Shown here one piece after another: positions 38,120-49,753 of a DNA stretch of 64,000 nt; position 1 is the stretch's first letter, and each line of letters starts with the position of its first letter. Location of the stretch: assembly GCA_963708135.1 (NCBI GenBank), contig OY970192.1, positions 1,888,001 through 1,952,000 on the forward strand, given 5' to 3'. The position numbers were made by a program, and so were the translations under genes. This DNA comes from an uncultured Gemmatimonadales bacterium (GTDB taxonomy: Bacteria; Gemmatimonadota; Gemmatimonadetes; Longimicrobiales; RSA9). The notes beneath the pieces are model-generated. The model was not told where the DNA came from. It made no database searches and saw nothing but the letters and a program-made list of their open reading frames with translations.

Positions 38120-39033
38120 ACGGCCATCCCCTCCGCCCGCTCCGCCCCCGCCGCGTGCTGGTTCCGGGCCGCCTGGAGCGTATTGCGGAGCAGCATCGTA
38201 ATGGTCATCGGACCCACGCCTCCAGGCACTGGCGAGATCGCCTCGGCCACCTCGGATACGCCCGCGAAGTCCACGTCGCCGACGAGGCGATAGCCGCGCT
38301 CCCGGCTCGGGTCCTCGACCCGGTTGGTGCCCACGTCGATGACGACGACGCCCGGCCGGACCATGTTCCGCGTGATCAGCTCGGGACGCCCCGCAGCCGC
38401 GATCAGGATGTCCGCCTGCCGCGTGATCGAGCCGAGGTCCGGCGTGCGGCTGTGCGCCACCGTCACGGTCGCGTTGCCGCCGCGGCAGTTGCGCAGGAGC
38501 AGCAGCGCCACCGGTCGGCCCACGATGTTCGAGCGCCCGACGACGACGACGTGCTTCCCCGCCGGATCGTAGCCGTTGCGCAGCAGCATCTCGATGACGC
38601 CGGCGGGCGTGGCGGGCGGCAGCACGTCCAGGTCGCCTGTCGCAAGACGGCCGACATTGGCCGGATGGAAGCCGTCAACGTCCTTCTCCGGCGCGATCCC
38701 CTCGATCACGGCGCGCGCCTCGATCTGCGCCGGCAGCGGCAGCTGCACCAGGATCCCGTGGATCTCCGGGTCGGCGTTCAGCCCGTCCACCACCCCCAGC
38801 AGCTCGGCCTCCGGCGTGCTTTCCGGGAGCACGATCTCGCGCGAGAGGAAGCCGGCCTCCCGGCACGCCTTCCCCTTCATCCGCACGTAGATCTGGCTCG
38901 CGGGATCCTCCCCCACGAGCACCACCGCGAGCCCCGGCTGCACACCGGTCTCCGCCCGAAACCCCGCCGCCTCCTCCGCGATCTCCGGCCGCATCGCGGC
39001 CGCGAGCTCGGTCCCACTGATGATCTTCGCCAT
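38116..39033 (-). CDS. folD: Methylenetetrahydrofolate dehydrogenase/cyclohydrolase
   Basis: GILVQLPLP, KDVDGFHP, GRSNIVGRP, PVPGGVGPMT. Confidence 0.97.
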   Translation of the reverse strand: MAKIISGTELAAAMRPEIAEEAAGFRAETGVQPGLAVVLVGEDPASQIYVRMKGKACREAGFLSREIVLPESTPEAELLGVVDGLNADPEIHGILVQLPLPAQIEARAVIEGIAPEKDVDGFHPANVGRLATGDLDVLPPATPAGVIEMLLRNGYDPAGKHVVVVGRSNIVGRPVALLLLRNCRGGNATVTVAHSRTPDLGSITRQADILIAAAGRPELITRNMVRPGVVVIDVGTNRVEDPSRERGYRLVGDVDFAGVSEVAEAISPVPGGVGPMTITMLLRNTLQAARNQHAAGAERAEGMAV

Positions 39034-39055
39034 GCTCCCCTTCCGTGGCGCCCGT

Positions 39056-40618
39056 CTAGCGCGCGAAATCCACCGCGCGCGTCTCGCGGATCACCACGAC
39101 CTTGATCTGTCCGGGATACTGGAGCTCCTCCTCCAGCCGCCGGGCGATCTGCTCGCTCAGCTCCGCCATCCCGGTATCGTTCACGTTCTCCGGATTCACC
39201 ATTACCCGCACCTCCCGCCCGGCCTGGATCGCGAAGCAGCGCTCCACCCCCGAGAATCCCTGCGCGATCGACTCCAGCTTCTCCAGCCGCTTCACGTACG
39301 TCTCGAACATCTCCCGCCGCGCGCCCGGCCGCGAGCCGCTGATCGCGTCCGCCGCCGTCACCAGGAACGTCTCCGGGTAGCGGTGCGGCTCCTCGTCGTG
39401 GTGCGCCCGGATCGCGTTCAGCACCACGTCCGGCTCGTTGTATTTCTTGCACAGCTCCCAGCCAAGCTCGACGTGCGTGCCCTCGTGCTCGTGCGTGAGC
39501 CCCTTCCCCACGTCGTGCAGCAGCCCCGCGCGCTTCGCCATCGTCGCATCCAGCCCCATCTCCGCCGCCATGTTGCCGGCCAGCGTCGCGACCTCGCGCG
39601 CGTGCAGCAGCTGGTTCTGCCCGTAGGAGGTCCGGTACTTCAGCCGGCCCAGCACCCGGACGATCTCCGGGTGCACCCCGTGCACCCCCAGGTCGTACAG
39701 GATCGACTCCGCCGACTGCACCATCGTCTCCTCCACCTCCTTGCCGCTCTTCTCCACGACCTCCTCGATCCGGCCCGGGTGGATCCGGCCGTCCGCCACG
39801 AGCTTCTCCAGTGCCAGGCGCGCCGTCTCACGCCGCACGGGATCGAACGCGGACAGGATCACCGCCTCTGGAGTGTCGTCGATGATCACGTCCACCCCCG
39901 TTGCCTGCTCGAACGCCCGGATGTTGCGGCCCTCCCGCCCGATGATCCGCCCCTTCATCTCGTCCGAGGGCAGGCTCACCACCGACACCGTGGTCTCCGC
40001 CGTGTGGTCCGCCGCGATCCGCTGGATCGCCAGCGAGATGATGTTCTTGGCCTCCCGCTCCGCCTCCCGGCGCGCGTTCTCCTTGATCTCGCGGATCGTA
40101 TTGGCCGCCTCCGCCCGCGCCTGGTCCTCCAGGTCGCGCACCAGCTGCCGGCGCGCCTCCTCCGCCGTCATCCCCGCCAGCGCCTCCAGCCGCGCCCGCG
40201 CCGTAGCCACCAGCCCGTCATATTCCTCGGAGCGCTTCTCCACCTGCGCCGCCCGCTGGCCGAGCGCCTTCTCCCGCCCTTCCAGCTCGTGCTCCTTCTC
40301 GTCCAGGATGTCGTACTTCCGATCCAGCGCCGTGCGCCGCTCGTCCAGCCGCCGCTCCGCGCGCTCGATCTCCTCGCGCCGCCGCGCCTCCTCCCGCTCC
40401 CACTCCTCCCGCGCCCTGTAGGCCTCCTCCCGCCCGGCGAGCTCCGCCGCCTTGCGCAGCCGGTCCGCATCCTCCTCCGCCGCCCGCCGGATGCGGGCGG
40501 ACTCCGCTTCCGCTCCCTTGCGCGCTCGCGCGACCCGGATGCGCTCGGCAAAGAAGCCGATCGCGCCGCCCAGGACGACCGCGAGCACGGTCGCTCCGAT
40601 CAGCAGGGGTGTCTCCAT
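39056..40618 (-). CDS. rny: Ribonuclease Y
   Basis: N-terminal TM plus coiled coil, KH domain (MKGRIIGREGRNI), HD domain (GLLHDVGK), DAISGSRPGARRE. Confidence 0.97.
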   Translation of the reverse strand: METPLLIGATVLAVVLGGAIGFFAERIRVARARKGAEAESARIRRAAEEDADRLRKAAELAGREEAYRAREEWEREEARRREEIERAERRLDERRTALDRKYDILDEKEHELEGREKALGQRAAQVEKRSEEYDGLVATARARLEALAGMTAEEARRQLVRDLEDQARAEAANTIREIKENARREAEREAKNIISLAIQRIAADHTAETTVSVVSLPSDEMKGRIIGREGRNIRAFEQATGVDVIIDDTPEAVILSAFDPVRRETARLALEKLVADGRIHPGRIEEVVEKSGKEVEETMVQSAESILYDLGVHGVHPEIVRVLGRLKYRTSYGQNQLLHAREVATLAGNMAAEMGLDATMAKRAGLLHDVGKGLTHEHEGTHVELGWELCKKYNEPDVVLNAIRAHHDEEPHRYPETFLVTAADAISGSRPGARREMFETYVKRLEKLESIAQGFSGVERCFAIQAGREVRVMVNPENVNDTGMAELSEQIARRLEEELQYPGQIKVVVIRETRAVDFAR

Positions 40619-40659
40619 GATCTCTCCAGAAGGGCGCCGTCCGCGCCCGAGGCAGGCAA

Positions 40660-40679
40660 GCTATTGATCTATAATAGCA
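40660..40679 (-). promoter_or_regulatory. Extended -10 promoter and palindromic site upstream of rny
   Basis: TG-C-TATTAT on the minus strand, inside the AT-rich inverted repeat GCTATT-N7-AATAGC. Confidence 0.45.
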
Positions 40680-40756
40680 TAGGCTCGTCGCGCCCATGGC
40701 GCGGACCCATCACCACATGTCGATATTAGCGCGCCGAACGGACCAGACGCAAGCGA

Positions 40757-41056
40757 TCACCCGCGCAGGACCGCATCGATCTCCGAGCGCAGCGCGGCGG
40801 CCTGCCGCGCGAGCTCCGCGCGCAGGCTCGCCGTCTCGGCGCGCGCCTGGAAGAGCTGGTCCGTCAGCGAGAGCGCCGCCAGGATGGCAGCCTTGTGGCC
40901 CTCCACCAGCGGCCCCTGCCGCAGAATCTCCGAGAGGGTGCGATCCACGTAGGCGGCGCAGTCCCGCGTGTAGTCCGGCGTGGCATCGGCGCGCAGCTTG
41001 TACTCCTCGCCGGCGATGACGACGGTGACGATCGTCTTGCTTCCCTGCTCGCTCAC
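40757..41056 (-). CDS. zapA: Cell division protein ZapA
   Basis: VTVVIAGEEYKL, AAYVD, AAILAALSLTDQL; pheT-x-zapA-rny synteny. Confidence 0.88.
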   Translation of the reverse strand: MSEQGSKTIVTVVIAGEEYKLRADATPDYTRDCAAYVDRTLSEILRQGPLVEGHKAAILAALSLTDQLFQARAETASLRAELARQAAALRSEIDAVLRG

Positions 41057-41355
41057 CGCTCCTCCTCGATGAACTGGATGCGGCCGAAGATGCGGCGCAG
41101 GTGCTCGGCCGCGGCTTCCATCCGGTCGCGGAGCCGGGCGTTCTCGGCCTCGAGCTCGGTGGCGCGCTCGCGAAGCGCGACCGGGTCGAGCGAGCCGGAG
41201 GAGACGCGCTCGAGGGTGGACTCGAGCTGCCGGACGCGCGCCTCCGCGTCGCGGGCACGCCTGCGCCAGCTCTCGTAATCGTCCAGGAGGCGCCGGATCG
41301 AGAGCTCGAGGCGCTCCCACTCGGGCGAGGTGGGCACCGCGGGCCGTTCAGCCAC
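41053..41355 (-). CDS. Coiled-coil protein (ZapB-like)
   Basis: Heptad-rich (LEAENARLRDRM); overlaps pheT and zapA. Confidence 0.65.
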   Translation of the reverse strand: MAERPAVPTSPEWERLELSIRRLLDDYESWRRRARDAEARVRQLESTLERVSSGSLDPVALRERATELEAENARLRDRMEAAAEHLRRIFGRIQFIEEER

Positions 41356-43762
41356 GTCGTTCGACACCGAGCTCCTCCTTCAGGCGGCGCAGCACGCGCT
41401 CGATCGCGCGATCGGCATCCTGGTCGGTGAGCGTGCGGTCCTCCGCGCGCAGGCGAAGGCGGTAGGCGATGCTCCTCTGACCTCGCGGGACGGCGTCGCC
41501 GCGGTAGACATCGAAGACCGCGAGCGCCTCCAGGAGCGGCCCCGCGGCGCGGCGCACGAGGGCCTCCACCTGCTCGGCCGGCAGTGACTGCGGCACCAGG
41601 AGCGCGAGGTCCCGCTCGATGGCGGGGAACGCCGGCAGCGGCCGGAAGCCCGGAACGGGAGGCACGGTCATCGCCCGCGTGAGCTCCAGCTCGAAGCCCC
41701 AGACCGGCTCGGCCCACGCCGGAGCATCGACGGCCGCGGCGTCAATGCGCCCGCCGCGGCCGAGTTCCCGCCCGCCGGCCTCGAGCAGCCGGAAGCCAAG
41801 CTGGCCCAGGAGGGGTCCCGCATGATCCGGGATGCCGGCTTCGATCCGCGTCAGGGCGGCGCCCAGCACGGGGGCGAGCCCCTCGAGCAGCCCCTTCAGG
41901 TCCCAGACGTCGAACGCTTCGGGCGCGCCGGACCAGTGCGGCGGCTGCCGGGCGCCCGTGAAGGCGGCGGCCAGGTGCGTCGCTTCGAGCGGGCGCTCGC
42001 TGCCCGGCGCGAACACGGTGCCCACCTCGAAGAGCCGGATGTCACGCGTGCCGCGGCTGAAGTTGTGCTCCAGGCGCCGCAGCAGCTCCGGGAGCAGCGC
42101 GCGCCGGAGGTGGCTCTCCGCCGTGGACAGCGGGTTCAGCAGGGCGACGTCGCCGTGCGCCTCCGCGGCGAACGCCGCCGTCCGGGACTCCGCGAATCCG
42201 CGGCCGACCATGAACGTGCGGACGCGGTCCTCGAGGAGGGAGAAGGCGTCCTCCGGGACGGCGCTCGGACGGAACGCCCGCAGCTCGTCCGGGAAGCCCT
42301 CGTAGCCGTGGCGGCGGGCGACCTCCTCGATGAGATCGATCTCGCGACGCACGTCGTAGCTCCGGTGTCCCGGAACCCGCACCAGCAGCGCGTCCTGGTC
42401 ACGGGCGTCCGCGACCTCGAAGCCGATCGGCTCGAGCAGCGCGCGGACTGCCGCGGCGTCGAAGGGCAGCCCCAGGACCGTGCCCACTCGCGACGGCCGC
42501 AGCCGGACGTCAACGCGCTCCGCCGGGCGGGGACACACATCCAGCAGAACCGGCTCGGCCTCCCCGCCCGCCACCGCGCCGACGAGCGCGAGGGCCCGCC
42601 GGGCCGCGGCCTCCATCCCGTCGGGATCGACCCCACGCTCGAACCGGTAGCTCGCGTCGGTGCTCAGGCCGAGGAGGCGCCGCCCCGCCCGGACCGTGGC
42701 CGGATCGAACAGCGCACACTCGAGGAACACGTCCGTCGTCTCCGCCGTGACCTCGCTCTCCCTGCCGCCCATGACGCCCGCGACGGCCACGGCGCCCGCG
42801 GCGTCCGCGATCACCAGCACGGAAGGGTCGAGCGCGCGCGTCTCGGCGTCGAGGGTGACGATCCGCTCGCCGGCCCGGGCGCGGCGCACACGCACCTGCG
42901 CGCCGCCCAGGCGGGCGAGGTCGAAGGCGTGCAGCGGCTGGCCGAGCTCGTAGAGCACGTAGTTCGTCGCATCGACAATGTTGTTGATCGGCCGGAGTCC
43001 CACGGCGCGGAGCCGGGATGCCAGCCATTCCGGCGACGGAGCGACACGCACGCCGCGCACGACTCCGGCAATGTAGCGCGGGCAGCCGGCGGCGTCCTCT
43101 ACGGCAACGCGGATCCCGCCGACCACGCCGCCCGAGGGCGTCGACTCGAGGCAAGGCTCGCCGGCGTGGGGATCCGCATCCGGGAACGGCGGCAGCGTGA
43201 GGGCCGCCACGCCGCCGGGCGCCAGCTCGCGAGCGATGCCGAAATGGGAGAGGAGGTCCGGCCGGTTGGGCGTCACGTCCACCTCGATCCGCCAGTCCTC
43301 GAGGCCGAGCGCCTCGACGAGCGGCTCGCCGGGGGTGAACTCGCCGTGGAGCTCCATGATCCCCTCGTGCTCGCGACCGAGGCCCAGCTCGCGGGCGCTG
43401 CAGAGCATTCCACGGCTCTCCTGGCCGCGGATCTTGCGCCGCCCGATCGTGATCCCGCCCGGCAGCGAGGCGCCCACGGGCGCGAAGGGGTAGAACGCCC
43501 CCTCGCGCACGTTCGGCGCGCCGCACACGACCGGGACCATCTCGCCGGTGCCGGCGTCCACCTCGCACAGCGAGAGGCGGTCGGCGTCCGGATGCGGCCG
43601 CGTGGCCAGCACACGCGCCACACGGATCTCGCGCAGCGGCTCACCGAGCGGGACCAGCGCGTCCACCGGCGCGCCATACATGGCCAGGCGTTGCGCCACC
43701 TCCTCCGCAGTATCCGTCAGGTCGGGCGCCAGCGCCCGCAGCCAGCGATAGCTCACGTCCAT
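41348..43762 (-). CDS. pheT: Phenylalanine-tRNA ligase beta subunit
   Basis: VCGAPN, S.GMLCS, TPNRPD, INNIVDATNY, SYRFERGVD, FDX-ACB C-terminus. Confidence 0.97.
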   Translation of the reverse strand: MDVSYRWLRALAPDLTDTAEEVAQRLAMYGAPVDALVPLGEPLREIRVARVLATRPHPDADRLSLCEVDAGTGEMVPVVCGAPNVREGAFYPFAPVGASLPGGITIGRRKIRGQESRGMLCSARELGLGREHEGIMELHGEFTPGEPLVEALGLEDWRIEVDVTPNRPDLLSHFGIARELAPGGVAALTLPPFPDADPHAGEPCLESTPSGGVVGGIRVAVEDAAGCPRYIAGVVRGVRVAPSPEWLASRLRAVGLRPINNIVDATNYVLYELGQPLHAFDLARLGGAQVRVRRARAGERIVTLDAETRALDPSVLVIADAAGAVAVAGVMGGRESEVTAETTDVFLECALFDPATVRAGRRLLGLSTDASYRFERGVDPDGMEAAARRALALVGAVAGGEAEPVLLDVCPRPAERVDVRLRPSRVGTVLGLPFDAAAVRALLEPIGFEVADARDQDALLVRVPGHRSYDVRREIDLIEEVARRHGYEGFPDELRAFRPSAVPEDAFSLLEDRVRTFMVGRGFAESRTAAFAAEAHGDVALLNPLSTAESHLRRALLPELLRRLEHNFSRGTRDIRLFEVGTVFAPGSERPLEATHLAAAFTGARQPPHWSGAPEAFDVWDLKGLLEGLAPVLGAALTRIEAGIPDHAGPLLGQLGFRLLEAGGRELGRGGRIDAAAVDAPAWAEPVWGFELELTRAMTVPPVPGFRPLPAFPAIERDLALLVPQSLPAEQVEALVRRAAGPLLEALAVFDVYRGDAVPRGQRSIAYRLRLRAEDRTLTDQDADRAIERVLRRLKEELGVERRG

Positions 43763-43766
43763 CGGG

Positions 43767-44798
43767 TCAGGCGAACTGCTCGAGGAATCGCATGTCCGAC
43801 TCGTACTCGAGCCGGATGTCCGGGATGCCATAGCGCAGCAGCGCGATCCGGCCGGGTCCCATCCCGAACGCGAAGCCGGTGTAGCGCTCGGGATCGTAGC
43901 CGACGTTCTCGAACACGGCCGGATCCACCATCCCCGCCCCCATGATCTCCACCCAGCCCGTCCCCTTGCACGCGGGGCAGCCGCGCGCGCCGCACAGGAA
44001 GCAGCTGACGTCCACCTCCGCGCTCGGCTCCGTGAACGGGAAGAACGAAGGCCGGAAGCGCACGCGCGCGTCCTCGCCGAACATGCGCCGCGCGAACTCC
44101 GCCAGCGTGGCCTTCAGGTCCACGAACGTGATCCCCGCGTCCACTGCCAGCCCCTCGATCTGCTCGAAGGCCGGCGCGTGCGAGGCGTCGAACGGATCGC
44201 GCCGGTACGCCATTCCCGGGACCACCACCCGGATCGGCGGCGCGTACGCCTCCATGGTCCGGATCTGCACCGGCGAGGTATGGCTGCGCAGCAGGAGCCC
44301 CTCGGCCAGATAGAACGTGTCGTGCATGTCCGTCGCCGGGTGGTCCAGCGGCGTGTTCAGCGCCACGAAATTGTACCAGTCCGTCTCCGCCTCCGGGCCG
44401 CGCACGCGTGTGAAGCCGAGCGAGCGGAAGATATCGCAGATCTCGTCGATCACGAGCGTCACGGGGTGGCGCACGCCCCGCCACGAGGGCCGCCCCGGAA
44501 GCGTCAGGTCCAGGTCGGCTCCCGCCGCCCCCGCGCCCCCGTCCGCGAGCGCCGCCGTGCGTGCCTCGAGCAGCGCCGTGATCGCCTCCTTCACCCGGTT
44601 CGCCGCCGCGCCCACGGCCGGCTTCTCCTCCGGCGGGAGTGCGCCCAGCCCGCGCATGATGCGCGTGAGCCGGCCTTCCTTTCGTCCCAGCAGCGAAACC
44701 CGGAGCGCCTCCAGCGCGGCAGCATCCTCGGCCGCGCCCGCCGCCTCCCGCGCCTCCCCCTCGAGCGCCTCCAGGTCCCGGATCAGATCGTTCGCCAT
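43767..44798 (-). CDS. pheS: Phenylalanine-tRNA ligase alpha subunit
   Basis: HPA.DMHDTF, LRSHTSPVQIR, FRPSFFPFTEPS, GFAFGMG. Confidence 0.97.
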   Translation of the reverse strand: MANDLIRDLEALEGEAREAAGAAEDAAALEALRVSLLGRKEGRLTRIMRGLGALPPEEKPAVGAAANRVKEAITALLEARTAALADGGAGAAGADLDLTLPGRPSWRGVRHPVTLVIDEICDIFRSLGFTRVRGPEAETDWYNFVALNTPLDHPATDMHDTFYLAEGLLLRSHTSPVQIRTMEAYAPPIRVVVPGMAYRRDPFDASHAPAFEQIEGLAVDAGITFVDLKATLAEFARRMFGEDARVRFRPSFFPFTEPSAEVDVSCFLCGARGCPACKGTGWVEIMGAGMVDPAVFENVGYDPERYTGFAFGMGPGRIALLRYGIPDIRLEYESDMRFLEQFA

Positions 44799-44842
44799 TC
44801 GTGCCGCTTTATGGGGGTTTTCAGGTACGTCCCAGGATGCGT

Positions 44843-44888
44843 TTGCACCCACCCGGACGAAACTAGCCGATCGTCCGAATGGGTGCAA
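44843..44888 (-). other. Long RNA stem-loop between rplT and pheS
   Basis: Minus-strand UUGCACCCAUUCGGACGA-N10-UCGUCCGGGUGGGUGCAA forms an 18-bp stem including two G-U pairs. Confidence 0.6.
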
Positions 44889-44942
44889 TTCACCGCGTTT
44901 CCTGCCGCCGCGCGTCCGCGCGCGGCGCGCCCGGCGGCGGAG

Positions 44943-45299
44943 CTACTCCAGCGCCGCCTTGACGCGCTCCACCAGCGCCGCGAACGCCGCCGGCTCACGC
45001 ACGGCCAGGTCCGCCAGCACCTTCCGGTTCACCTCGATACCCGCCCGCTTCATGCCCTCCATAAAGCGCGAGTAGCTGAGGTCGTGCGTGCGCGCCGCCG
45101 CGTTGATGCGCGTGATCCAGAGGCGGCGGAAATCCCGCTTGCGCTGCTTGCGATCCCGGTAGGAATACTGCCAGCCCCGCTCCACCGCGTTCTTGGCGAT
45201 CCGCCAGAGCTTGGAGCGACCCCCGAAGTACCCCCGCGCGGCGCGCAGGATCTTCTTCTTCTTCCTGTGGCGCGGGACCGCCGTCGTGGTGCGTGCCAT
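44943..45299 (-). CDS. rplT: 50S ribosomal protein L20
   Basis: [37 protein letters not shown]. Confidence 0.98.
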   Translation of the reverse strand: MARTTTAVPRHRKKKKILRAARGYFGGRSKLWRIAKNAVERGWQYSYRDRKQRKRDFRRLWITRINAAARTHDLSYSRFMEGMKRAGIEVNRKVLADLAVREPAAFAALVERVKAALE

Positions 45300-45302
45300 G
45301 GC

Positions 45303-45503
45303 TCAGCCTCCCATCCCGAGCATCTTGCGGACCCGGGCGGCATCGGGCTTCGAGCACATCTCGGCCTTGCGCAGGTGCCGCTTCCGCTTCTGCGACTTCT
45401 TCGTGAGGATGTGGCTCTTGTTCGCGTGCCCGCGCTTCACCCGCCCCGAGCCGGTGACCTTGAAGCGCTTGGCCGCGCTCTTGCTCGTCTTCATCTTCGG
45501 CAT
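45303..45503 (-). CDS. rpmI: 50S ribosomal protein L35
   Basis: [26 protein letters not shown]. Confidence 0.97.
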   Translation of the reverse strand: MPKMKTSKSAAKRFKVTGSGRVKRGHANKSHILTKKSQKRKRHLRKAEMCSKPDAARVRKMLGMGG

Positions 45504-45517
45504 GCTCGCCTCCCCCG

Positions 45518-46051
<534 letters not shown>

Positions 46052-46079
46052 GGTTCTCGTCTCCCGAAAGAAGGCAATG

Positions 46080-46220
46080 AAAAAAGGCCCGCGCCGCGGG
46101 CCTCGAACGTCGCGCGCCGCCTGCCCCGCGCCTGCGGGTGCCCGGCGGCCCGTCTCGAGAACCCGGCGGTACCGCGACCGCGGACCGAAGGGTGGGGAGT
46201 CAGGTGCTCCCACTTCCTCA
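46080..46220 (-). promoter_or_regulatory. L20-leader-like attenuator upstream of infC-rpmI-rplT
   Basis: AAGTGGGAGCACCTGACTCCCCACC hairpin, then terminator AGGCCCGCG..GCGGGCCT-TTTTT about 30 nt before infC. Confidence 0.6.
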
Positions 46221-46233
46221 GTTTTCGCCGCGA

Positions 46234-46262
46234 AAGCTACCGGTGCGGACGGCCTCTGTCAA
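46234..46262 (-). promoter_or_regulatory. sigma70 promoter of the infC operon
   Basis: TTGACA-N17-TAGCTT on the minus strand. Confidence 0.7.
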
Positions 46263-46302
46263 CCGGGCATCCCCCACCGTCGCACCCGCGCAGAGCGGGA
46301 GG

Positions 46303-48218
46303 TCAATTGAAGAACTGCCACTTGATCCCGTAGACCATGCGTGGCCCCGGGATCTCGGTGTCGGGGATGTCGTAGACGCCCTTGCTGTGCATTGCATCCT
46401 CGTAGCGGACAAACGCGCGCAGGTCGAGGATGCGGATCTGGAGGTAGAAGTCCAGGGCGTTGACCTCCGGGACCTGGACCACCGGGATGCTGTCGGCCTG
46501 CGGCACGTTCATGAGGCCGCGCGAGCGATACTCCGCCCGGGCCAGGATCTCCAGGTGCCCGCTCGGCAGCGGCTCGCCGTGATAGGCGAGCGCCGCGCGC
46601 CAGGAGCGCTGAGGCGTGTAGAGGGCGAGGAAGCCGCTCGTCCAGTTCGTGAAGGAGCCGTCCAGGTAGAAGGGCGTCCCGAAGAGCGGCACGAACGCAT
46701 GGCCTTCCCAGCCCGACAGCTTGCCCGCGACCACCGGCCCGAGCCGCCGGTCGAAGGGCAGCCCGAACCCCGGAACCGAGTCCTCCTGCAGCGTCACGTA
46801 TGCGGCGCCGGCGGCGATGCCATGCCAGGCCAGCTCCCCGCCCACCCTCAAGGCGGTGCGGTGGCTGAAGCGCGCTAGCCCCGCCGTGTCCGCCGCGGCG
46901 GGGATGCCGCGGTCGCCGGACGCGTACTCCGCGACGGCGCGGATGCCGGCGAAGGGGCCGACTTCACCGTGGAGATCGGACGAGACCGCACTGCGTCCGC
47001 GCCAGTCGGCCCGGTCAACCGTTCCGGACACCGAGAGCAAGCGCACGGGCGAGATCCCGCCGCCGAGGTCGAGCTCCGACTTCGGCAGCACGTCGCTGGT
47101 ATGCAGGCGGAGCTCGGCGCGCGCCCAGCCACGCTCGCCGGCCCAGGCCAGCCAGGCACCGGACTGCCGGTCGGAGCGCTCGATCGGGAACGTGTCGAGC
47201 GCCGCCGTGTCGACGGCCAGCGTGCTGTCGGGCAGGAGCGCGGTGTCGGGCGGCAGCGTGGTGTCCGGGGGCAGCGGCGGCTCGGTGACGGACGTCGCGC
47301 CGGTGTACAGCTCGGCCACCAGGCCGGGCCGCAGCTCGTCGCGCGCCCGGATCGTCCAGTCGGTCCGGTCCAGGGTGCCGACCCACGGCACGCCATCGGT
47401 GCGCTCGAAATGGCCGCGGCGCAGCTCGGCCTCGATGCCGCGGCCCTTGCGGAGGATGCCCCACTTGGCCCAGCCCTCGAACCAGTTGACCGGCTCGTTG
47501 CGATGGGTGCCATCCGTGTCCAGCCGCTCGATGCCGCCCGAGAACGGGCCGAGCAGAAAGTGCGGCGTCAGGAAGATGCCGCGGAAGAGCTTGGTGTTGG
47601 GGACGCCGACGGCGGCCTCGATGCGCGCGTAGCTCTGCGGCGTCGCCGGCGCGGTGCTCTGCAGATCCACCCGCAGCACGTCCAGCCGGCGTTCGACCCG
47701 CACGCTCTCGATGCCCACGAGCGGCAGACGGGAGAGATCCGGCACGCCGGAGGTCAGCGGCTCGAGCTGGTATCCGTCGAGGTAGATCTCGATCCGCCCG
47801 GCCGTCTCGCCCAGCGACGACACGGCCTCCGGCTGTCCGTACCAGCCCGACCGGATGGTCGTGACGCCGGGAATCCGCTCCAGCAGATCGCCGAGGGTCA
47901 CCGCGCCGGTCAGCAGCAGATCGTCGCGGCGCCAGAGCCAGACGCCCGCGCCCCAGCCGGTCCGCGCCGGGGTGGGCATGGACGGCAGCAGAGGCGGCGG
48001 CACCGTGTCGGCGGCCGCCCTGGACGTGTCCGGGCGCGCGGCTCCGGTGTCCGCGGCCACGCGCGCGGTATCCCGCTTCACGGCGGTCGTGTCCTGCGCG
48101 CGGGCCGGGCGCGGCGCGCAGAACGCGAGCCCTCCCGCCAGGAGCAACGAGAGCGGGAGGGCCGCAAAAACGCCCCCGCGTCGCCGCTGGGGGCGTTGGC
48201 CCGCTTCGTGGAGCCGCA

Positions 48219-48219
<1 letters not shown>
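46303..48219 (-). CDS. Outer-membrane protein with TonB-dependent-receptor plug domain
   Basis: Signal peptide, plug-like TLGDLLERIPGV...IYLDG...IESVRVER, terminal YGIKWQFFN; TGATG overlap with the pepA stop. Confidence 0.75.
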
Positions 48220-49736
<1,517 letters not shown>

Positions 49737-49753
49737 GTCCCCCCGCTCCGATC

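Noticed and set aside
40619..40756. 6S RNA (ssrS), which often follows zapA
   Set aside because: The spacer is only about 138 bp and I see no long closing stem. An Rfam search would settle it.
44799..44942. T-box or PheM-type leader for pheS
   Set aside because: No T-box consensus, Phe-rich leader peptide or U-tailed terminator is visible, and the spacer is too short for a full T-box.
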